Shown: positions 17,740 to 24,065 of the stretch, in pieces
Position numbering within the stretch: position 1 is the stretch's first letter
How the letters are laid out: each line of letters begins with the position of its first letter
Origin: a virus
Virus record (IMG/VR): IMGVR_UViG_3300017989_000330
Direction: 5' to 3' (one strand)
DNA length: 29,909 nt
The notes under the pieces: model-generated
The model's database searches: none
Told to the model about the DNA's origin: nothing
Seen by the model: only the letters and a program-made list of their open reading frames with translations
Made by a program: the position numbers and the translations under genes

Positions 17740-18190
17740 TTTTTTCGATGGATACTTTAACTTTTGGAAGTTTAACTCCACATTTCCAAAGTGCATGATT
17801 AGTTTTTTGCGGTTTACCGAATTCAAGAGTAAACCGCTTTTTTTCGGTTCTGTTACGTTTGGGTAAAGTTTTTATAATTAAAGGTCGAAATTCTTGTCCC
17901 CATTCATTAATAATTTGTGCAGATTTCCCTTTACGATGAATCGAAAATTGATAAACTTTATTTCCATTTTTACCAAATAAATTGATTGTATTTGTAAGTT
18001 GACCTCTAGCACCATATAAAAATTTATATCCCTCTTTTAATTGAAAATAAGCTTCAAACCCCTGTAAAACAATGTATTTCTCATTAGCAAGTCGATAACT
18101 CATTTTCATAATAGGAACTCGAGGCAATAAATTCCATTCACATTTATCTTGAGAAATTTGTTGTCCGTTAATTAAATAAACAGTCCACAT
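17723..18190 (-). CDS. Hypothetical protein (155 aa)
   Basis: TAATG-coupled; last gene of the minus-strand operon. Confidence 0.6.
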   Translation of the reverse strand: MWTVYLINGQQISQDKCEWNLLPRVPIMKMSYRLANEKYIVLQGFEAYFQLKEGYKFLYGARGQLTNTINLFGKNGNKVYQFSIHRKGKSAQIINEWGQEFRPLIIKTLPKRNRTEKKRFTLEFGKPQKTNHALWKCGVKLPKVKVSIEKTNPNV

Positions 18191-18264
18191 TATTCTTTCT
18201 CCGATTTATTTGCAATTAACACAATAATTAAACCGATTAAAAAACTTAATAACACTTTAATCAT
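18190..18264 (-). CDS. 24-aa hydrophobic micropeptide
   Basis: MIKVLLSFLIGLIIVLIANKSEKE; SD AAAGGA; overlaps neighbours at both ends. Confidence 0.45.
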   Translation of the reverse strand: MIKVLLSFLIGLIIVLIANKSEKE

Positions 18265-18370
18265 TGGTTATCCTTTCAATAGATAAATCATCATCTTTCT
18301 CCCAAACACTCGTCACACAACTTTTTTCATATTTTAAAATATTATCCTTTGGTGTCTTTCGTTTAGTCAT
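18257..18370 (-). CDS. 37-aa hypothetical peptide
   Basis: ATGA overlap with the methyltransferase stop; SD AAAGGA. Confidence 0.45.
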   Translation of the reverse strand: MTKRKTPKDNILKYEKSCVTSVWEKDDDLSIERITND

Positions 18371-19960
18371 AATATCCTTTCCACAATGGCTTGAACAACA
18401 TTAGTTGTAATTGCGTTACCGAGCGTCTTATAACGCTGTGTATCTGATATTATAACTTCTTTTCCATTCATGTCAAGTCCCTTCTCCGTCCATCCATCCG
18501 GGAATCCTTGGAGTCTTTCTGCCTCGACAGGTGTTAAGCGTCTGATACGCACTTGCTCTATATATTGCCCACATCCACCAGTAGTCGGCATACAAAAAGC
18601 CTCATCGTTCTTGCATAAAGTTCCAGACCCACCACTTGAATATTGTAAAGATGGTCTGTTTGGATTTCTTGTTTGCTGGTTGATTACTAGTAACGATCTC
18701 TTACGCCTCTCATTATTTTTTTTGTTCGTTCCTTCGATAGGAAATACTTCTGGTCGACTTGTTCCTCTAAGATGTCCGACAATGAAATATCTTGAAAAGT
18801 CTCCGAGGTGTTTGGTGATGTAAAGAGAATTGCTTTCCGAGAGAGTATATTTTTCTGCTTTCTTATTGATTCTTGCATATTTCGTACCTTCCTTGATTAG
18901 GATTAAATTTGATAATGTTTCTTCCCATAAGTTCCTTGACGAGTTTCTCAAGTAAACGGTGAGCGTTAAGATGCTTAGAAGCATTCTCGAATAAGAAAAG
19001 GTTTCCCAATTCATTATTTCGTTTATCACAGTCAATATGGTGTACTTGTTCTGTCCTAAGTAATTTTCTTCCCATTCGTTTTGCAACAAGGACTCTATGT
19101 TCCGCCATAAATTTACCCTTACCAATGGATATTTGCTTTCTTCCAAACTGGTCGAAATGATAGCCTTTGTACTTTCTGCGAATAGGTTTTGGTTTTGGCT
19201 TATTTCTTTCAAGATTAGACAACTTAATATCGAGTCTTTCGATTCTGCTTCTTGTAGCTTTTTCGCTTCTGTTAAGTTTTTTAGCAATATCTGGAACAAG
19301 AATTGTTCTATATACTTTTTTAATGTATTCATCTTCTGATACTGACCAACGATTTCTTTTAAATGTGTGCATATAAAAAATATCCTTTCTCTGTTTTGGG
19401 GAACACCATAATTCTTTGAGTTGTAATTATCATAGTTTATATAATACCCCAAATTAGATAAAGATTCAACCACTTTTTCCATTACCTTTCCTTTTGAAGC
19501 AGAAAGAATACCTTTTACGTTTTCTAGTAAAGCAAAACGAGGTTGCTTGGATTTAAGACACCGTATGATTTCAAAAAACAGTTTCCCTCTTGGGTCATCA
19601 AGAGAGAGCCGTTTTCCTGCAATAGAAAATGATGGGCAAGGAAATCCACCGACCAAGAGGTCAAAGTCTGGAACAGTTGTCCAATCAATTCTTGTGCAAT
19701 CTCCATAGTTCTTGTGTCCTTTAAAGTGTTTTTCATAGATTTGGATGGCGTATTTATCGATTTCGGAGAAACCGACACACAGGGGCGATTTGCTGTTCCT
19801 CCACCCCCGCTCGTTCCCGCTTCCAAGCATTGACATATCATCTGCGGAGTGTGAAGCTTCGCACTTCCACCTTTGAAAACTCTTATTGATCCCAAGTTCA
19901 AACCCTCCTTTAACCGATGCCTGAAAACATCGAGAAATATTTAAATTGTTTAGGCATCAT
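18367..19960 (-). CDS. C5 cytosine DNA methyltransferase; motif I interrupted by a stop plus 7 nt; 198-codon in-frame insertion
   Basis: Motif I FSGIG/GFELG, motif IV GGFPC, motif VI LENVKG, motif VIII PQNRERIF, motif IX RRLTPVEAERLQGFPD, motif X LGNA. Start ATG 19960 has SD GAGGAGG. Could be recoded or a pseudogene. Confidence 0.9.
18687..18878 (-). CDS. 63-aa ORF in the +1 frame of the methyltransferase (LSDILEEQVDQKYFLS)
   Basis: SD AAGGAAGGT 7 nt before ATG; overlaps the HNH stop. Confidence 0.45.
   Translation of the reverse strand: MQESIRKQKNILSRKAILFTSPNTSETFQDISLSDILEEQVDQKYFLSKERTKKIMRGVRDRY
18784..19377 (-). mobile_element. 594-nt HNH-bearing insertion in methyltransferase motif VIII
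   Basis: Removing it restores PQNRERIF-IVGHLRG. Confidence 0.7.
18863..19372 (-). CDS. HNH homing endonuclease (169 aa) nested in the methyltransferase gene
   Basis: AEHR.LVAK.MGRKL...EQVHHIDCDKRNN...NL signature; SD AAAGGA 10 nt before ATG. Confidence 0.9.
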   Translation of the reverse strand: MHTFKRNRWSVSEDEYIKKVYRTILVPDIAKKLNRSEKATRSRIERLDIKLSNLERNKPKPKPIRRKYKGYHFDQFGRKQISIGKGKFMAEHRVLVAKRMGRKLLRTEQVHHIDCDKRNNELGNLFLFENASKHLNAHRLLEKLVKELMGRNIIKFNPNQGRYEICKNQ

Positions 19961-20370
19961 TGGGCATCACCTCCTCGTGTGGACAATACCCATAGATTCC
20001 TCTAGCCATATTACAATTATGGCATAGCACTCTGAAACCTTTTGGGTATTTGTTCCTCCGTAACCACGGTGCAATAGACCTATCAGGCATTTGCTTGCGG
20101 TGTTTAGCACCATCATTGTTAATATGGTCAAAACATAAAAACTCGATATGTGTTTCCCCACAACAAGCACATTTGCCACCATAGTGTTGGATAGCTTTTA
20201 TTCTTACTCGCCGCCTATATCGTTTATTCTTTTCTACATACTTCTTCTTTCGTTCTTTAGGGAGATTTTTATAATACTCTCTTGCATCAGAACGAAGTTT
20301 ATCCCTATTTTTTTCTCTCCATTTTCTGCTATATTCTTTTAAATATTGTTTCCTATCCAAAAAACACTTC
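19909..20370 (-). mobile_element. 462-nt HNH-bearing insertion between two copies of methyltransferase motif I
   Basis: Removing it joins MKYFSMFSGI (20400-20371) to GGFELGI (19908 onward) in frame. Confidence 0.6.
19950..20360 (-). CDS. HNH endonuclease with zinc-binding Cys pairs (136 aa)
   Basis: GGKCACCGE.....FDHINNDG ... LCHNCN motifs; basic N-terminus. Confidence 0.9.
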   Translation of the reverse strand: MDRKQYLKEYSRKWREKNRDKLRSDAREYYKNLPKERKKKYVEKNKRYRRRVRIKAIQHYGGKCACCGETHIEFLCFDHINNDGAKHRKQMPDRSIAPWLRRNKYPKGFRVLCHNCNMARGIYGYCPHEEVMPNDA

Positions 20371-20400
20371 TATCCCCGAAAACATTGAAAAGTATTTCAT
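20353..20400 (-). pseudogene. Orphan methyltransferase N-terminal fragment (MKYFSMFSGIEVFFG*)
   Basis: ATGA-coupled to the upstream ORF; nine residues identical to the copy at 19942-19916. Confidence 0.7.
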
Positions 20401-20567
20401 TGTTCTTTTCTCACTTTATACCTATTAAAATCTCCATCTAATATTTCTTTGATATAAGCAAATGCATGTTCTTTTCTTATAAAATACATAGTTTTGTCGT
20501 GCGAACCAAAAACAGTTCCTAAACATTCGACGCCATCAAAAATTAAAATAAAATATGAACCTCGCAT
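20397..20567 (-). CDS. Hypothetical protein (56 aa)
   Basis: TAATG/ATGA coupling at both ends. Confidence 0.5.
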   Translation of the reverse strand: MRGSYFILIFDGVECLGTVFGSHDKTMYFIRKEHAFAYIKEILDGDFNRYKVRKEQ

Positions 20568-20734
20568 TATTTTTTCTCCAGTATTTTTCTAGTGAGTTCG
20601 CATCCAAACAAAGCCCCAGTTATAAAAGCCTGATATAACATTTTATCAATACTTTTGTTCGCAACTTTAATATCGTTTGCTTTTTTAAATTTATAAAATT
20701 GTAATTTTACTTCTTTTTGAAATTCAGAAATCAT
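20567..20734 (-). CDS. Hypothetical protein (55 aa)
   Basis: SD AAAGGA; stop overlaps the next start. Confidence 0.5.
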   Translation of the reverse strand: MISEFQKEVKLQFYKFKKANDIKVANKSIDKMLYQAFITGALFGCELTRKILEKK

Positions 20735-20736
20735 AA

Positions 20737-21312
20737 TTAATCCTTTTGATAAACAATTTCGTAATTAGAATTAGCTAATAATTTTTTATACCATGTGTGT
20801 GTAGTAGCCTCTGAATGAGTTTGATAATCAAATTTTTCTCCTATTTTCCAATACCAAGATAAAACTCGATTAATACAGATTTCAGTTTTTGGCCATTCTA
20901 AATAACGAGCAAACAGTTTTATTCCAGTCAACCAAGTTAAAAACTTACCAAAACAATTTAAAACATCGTACCCTCTTCCTAAATCTTTTAAAGATACTTC
21001 TTTTAAAACTCTTTGTTCTTCGATTGTTAAATCTTTTTTACGAAAGATAACTTGTCTTTTATTTAAACTCCAATCAGATAATTGAACTTTTGCTTGTTGT
21101 TCGATAATATCAACTAAATTAGTTTGTCCATTAAAATCGTTATTTATCACCATAGAAGCGTGATAATATTCAACTTTTTCTTGTGTATCTCTAATTTTTC
21201 TCCAAAGATGTTGAAAAACTGTTGGTGCAGTCATAAAAAATTTAACAATTTTTGGGCCAGTTTTATCTGAATCACTTAAAATAATGTCACCTATTTGTGG
21301 AATATAATTCAT
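20737..21312 (-). CDS. Permuted papain-like NlpC/P60 (YiiX/YebB-like) protein
   Basis: GDIIL ... YYHASMV ... GRGYD ... EICINRV: His before Cys order. Confidence 0.65.
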   Translation of the reverse strand: MNYIPQIGDIILSDSDKTGPKIVKFFMTAPTVFQHLWRKIRDTQEKVEYYHASMVINNDFNGQTNLVDIIEQQAKVQLSDWSLNKRQVIFRKKDLTIEEQRVLKEVSLKDLGRGYDVLNCFGKFLTWLTGIKLFARYLEWPKTEICINRVLSWYWKIGEKFDYQTHSEATTHTWYKKLLANSNYEIVYQKD

Positions 21313-21527
21313 TTTTTTCTCCAGTTAATAATTCCATAAATATTTAACGTTAAAAGTCCAATCGAACAAAACAATAACGCCCAATTTTGCATTAAAATAG
21401 CTTGAATAGCATATAACAAGTTGGCTAAACCATTAGAATAAAAACCTAAAACATTCTTTTCAGCTAGTGCATAAACACCATAAAAGAAACATATATTTCC
21501 TATCCAACCTAAAATTTGTTCAATCAT
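21309..21527 (-). CDS. Small 3-TM membrane protein (PnuC/SemiSWEET-like half transporter)
   Basis: Three hydrophobic helices; ends NIYGIINWRKK. Confidence 0.55.
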   Translation of the reverse strand: MIEQILGWIGNICFFYGVYALAEKNVLGFYSNGLANLLYAIQAILMQNWALLFCSIGLLTLNIYGIINWRKK

Positions 21528-22339
21528 TTATAATTCTCTTTCGCTCTTTCCAAATTTTTATAACTAACCCAACCAGAAATATTATACTTTCTTTTTAATA
21601 ATCTTTGTCCTTCACGAAAATTAATATCTCGATACTTAGTTTTATATTCTTGAGATCTTTCAGTTTGTTTTGTTAATGTGATGTAATCTGTCCAACCACA
21701 CTTTACATCCGCCTGTTTAAGTCGCCAAAACATATCCTCGTGTTCACATAATTTAAAATTTTCATCCCATTTAGTTTTTAACAGAACATCTGTTTTTGCT
21801 AAAAAACAATTTCTCATTATATCAACATCCCATAAATTAATAGGATATCCTTTCTTATCTACGAAACCAATATAATGAATTTTCTTTTTATCAATAAAAT
21901 CTAATTCAAATGAATCGCCTTTAATTAAATTAAGTTTGGCTTCCCATCCACAGATACTTGGGATTAATTCGATTCCGATAATATCAAAATGTCGATCTTT
22001 AATAATTTGCATTAGATTACAAATATTTTTAAAATCATTATTAAATATAAAAGAATCACTTCCCAAAAAAACATAATCACATTTCTTTTCTTTAGCTAAT
22101 TCAACGAGTCGATTTCTTGTATAAGAAAGTCCACAATTAAATGGGTATTCTCTATAATGAAAAGAATCTCTCATTTTTTCTTTCATTTTTAAAACCCATT
22201 GAGCTTTTTTGTCTGAAGGTCTGCCTTGATCGCCAATTAAAATAATACAATCTTTTGTATAATTATCTACAATAGATTGTATTGATTTATACAATAAAGA
22301 ATCTCGAAGAAAAGTAGAAATTAAAATCGCAGTTTTCAT
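21524..22339 (-). CDS. Glycosyltransferase family 2
   Basis: AILISTFLRD...IGDQG...NCGLSYTRN...DSD; C-terminal EHEDMFWR. Confidence 0.8.
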   Translation of the reverse strand: MKTAILISTFLRDSLLYKSIQSIVDNYTKDCIILIGDQGRPSDKKAQWVLKMKEKMRDSFHYREYPFNCGLSYTRNRLVELAKEKKCDYVFLGSDSFIFNNDFKNICNLMQIIKDRHFDIIGIELIPSICGWEAKLNLIKGDSFELDFIDKKKIHYIGFVDKKGYPINLWDVDIMRNCFLAKTDVLLKTKWDENFKLCEHEDMFWRLKQADVKCGWTDYITLTKQTERSQEYKTKYRDINFREGQRLLKRKYNISGWVSYKNLERAKENYK

Positions 22340-22341
22340 AA

Positions 22342-23022
22342 TTAGTCCCATAATGAGAAGAAATATTTTTCTAGTAGTCTCCACCCTTTACGATACTTTT
22401 TACATTCTTGTTTTGTCATTAAATATAATTTTTCTAATTCACGTTTTTTACTTTTACGATTAAATGTCTTAACAAATTGCGCTTCTTTTTTTCGATCTTT
22501 TTCATTTTCAATATAAATCCAACGATACTCTTGAATTTTTCTAGCCGTTTCAAAAGTAAATATAATAGTATTTAATATTTGATTCCATTTCTTCTGTGCT
22601 TTTTTAAAATCTTCATCTGAATCACTTTTACATAAGCCCACGGGAACACCTAATTTATTATTCTTTAAATGATTTAACATTTCTGGTAAAATTTTTGCTA
22701 AAAACCAAGACATGTCCCAAACATCTGAATCTGCCCATCCTCTTTTCCAGCGTTGAGTACCATATTTAAACCAATCATAAAGATTTTCGGGTATTTTAAT
22801 AAATCGTTCAATATTTATTCGAACTGTCAACCACAATTCTTTATACCAAATATCTTTTTTCTTTAAACTGGCAATAAACTCTTCAGTTGTTTTATAAGAT
22901 TTTCTTTTTATCATTTTTGTATTATCTCGTTTTAATTGCCATATATCATAAATATGTTTCCAATTTTGATAATTAAACGACACGTAAATCCATAAAATAA
23001 ATAAAATAGTTAAAATTGGCAT
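22342..23022 (-). CDS. Phage hypothetical protein (226 aa, ends YFFSLWD)
   Basis: SD AAAGGAG; long intact ORF. Confidence 0.7.
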   Translation of the reverse strand: MPILTILFILWIYVSFNYQNWKHIYDIWQLKRDNTKMIKRKSYKTTEEFIASLKKKDIWYKELWLTVRINIERFIKIPENLYDWFKYGTQRWKRGWADSDVWDMSWFLAKILPEMLNHLKNNKLGVPVGLCKSDSDEDFKKAQKKWNQILNTIIFTFETARKIQEYRWIYIENEKDRKKEAQFVKTFNRKSKKRELEKLYLMTKQECKKYRKGWRLLEKYFFSLWD

Positions 23023-23138
23023 GAGATTGTCTCCTTTAAATAGTGATTTTTGTAGGGTTTTGCTCTATAGAAATCAACAATCTATAAAAATATGATACTA
23101 GATATGAATAAGTAAAAAAAATCGCTTAAAACGTCGTT

Positions 23139-23294
23139 CTAGCGTATTTTTTGACGTTCTTTTTCTTCTTCAATCCATTCTAATATTCTATCAATAGATT
23201 GAAATTCATCAAATTTCTTATTAATTATTTGTTCATTTAAAGCGAAATTAATCGCAATCAATTTACAAATACGTTTTAATAGAATTTGATTCAT
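23139..23294 (-). CDS. Hypothetical protein (51 aa)
   Basis: SD AGGAG then ATG. Confidence 0.5.
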   Translation of the reverse strand: MNQILLKRICKLIAINFALNEQIINKKFDEFQSIDRILEWIEEEKERQKIR

Positions 23295-23335
23295 TTAACT
23301 TTCGCTCCTAAAAAATCAAGATAGCCTAAAATCTT

Positions 23336-23461
23336 TATTCCAACCACTTTATTACGATGTTTCGTAAAATAAAGCAATTTTTTACTCTTTTTGTGATAAA
23401 CAGGCTTTAATCCCATCTTGATTAATTTAATAATTATTTCGTTTCGATTGTATTTGTTCAT
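23336..23461 (-). CDS. 41-aa basic peptide, probably leaderless
   Basis: ATG lies 5 nt after the -10 box. Confidence 0.45.
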
Positions 23462-23466
23462 ACTCA

Positions 23467-23496
23467 ATTATAACACACTCTTTTATGATTTGTCAA
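23467..23496 (-). promoter_or_regulatory. Consensus sigma70 promoter
   Basis: TTGACA-18 nt-TATAAT with extended -10 TGn. Confidence 0.8.
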
Positions 23497-24065
23497 GATT
23501 TGTGCAAAAATAAACCTAAATTTTTTGTACCAGATGGATAAATTATCTTTTTCTGAACATTTAAAATCTTTTTAAGTTCTTCTTCTGTCCAATATGAAAT
23601 ATGCGCTTCAGCTTGATTTATAGAATCGCTTCTATGTATCCATTCTTTGCCTAACGGAATGTTAAGCAAGAAGTAATTACTTTTCTTTTTTATGTCATCT
23701 AACAACTCCAAGGCTTTTTGTTTATCAATATGTTCCAAAACGTCACTCATAAAAATTAAAGAATAAGAATCAACTTCTTTTATTTTTTCTTCAGCTTTTC
23801 CGATTATAACGTTATTGTAATAATAACGAGTAGCAACATTTATGTACGGTTCAAAAATTTCAATACAGTCTATTTTCGTTTTCCAATCTTTTTGCTCCCA
23901 TGTGATTTTTCCAAAAATATCAAGGTATTCTCGAAACAAATGCCCCCATTTGGCAAAACCTGCTCCTATTTCCAAAATTGATTTAGGTTTAATTTCCATA
24001 ACCCATCTAATAATGGTTCCTATTTTATCTGGATTACTTGTTGGCATTTTATAAATCCTTTCCAA
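23493..24065 (-). CDS. Class I SAM-dependent methyltransferase (glycan/small-molecule type)
   Basis: ILEIGAG motif I, DCIEIF, MSDVLEH. Confidence 0.8.
   Translation of the reverse strand: MERIYKMPTSNPDKIGTIIRWVMEIKPKSILEIGAGFAKWGHLFREYLDIFGKITWEQKDWKTKIDCIEIFEPYINVATRYYYNNVIIGKAEEKIKEVDSYSLIFMSDVLEHIDKQKALELLDDIKKKSNYFLLNIPLGKEWIHRSDSINQAEAHISYWTEEELKKILNVQKKIIYPSGTKNLGLFLHKS

Noticed and set aside
18784-19377. Intein or group I intron explanation for the in-frame insertion
   Set aside because: The boundaries lack Cys/Ser-start and His-Asn-end intein motifs at the homology junctions. The insert is almost fully occupied by ORFs and has no U/G splice-site pattern that restores the frame.
19967-20182. 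71-aa alternative-frame ORF inside the upstream HNH
   Set aside because: No SD, no recognisable motif, and its length is compatible with chance.
23113-23143. Possible minus-strand terminator (CGCT...AGCG then T-run)
   Set aside because: The stem is weak, with a bulge and G-U pairs; not enough support to call.
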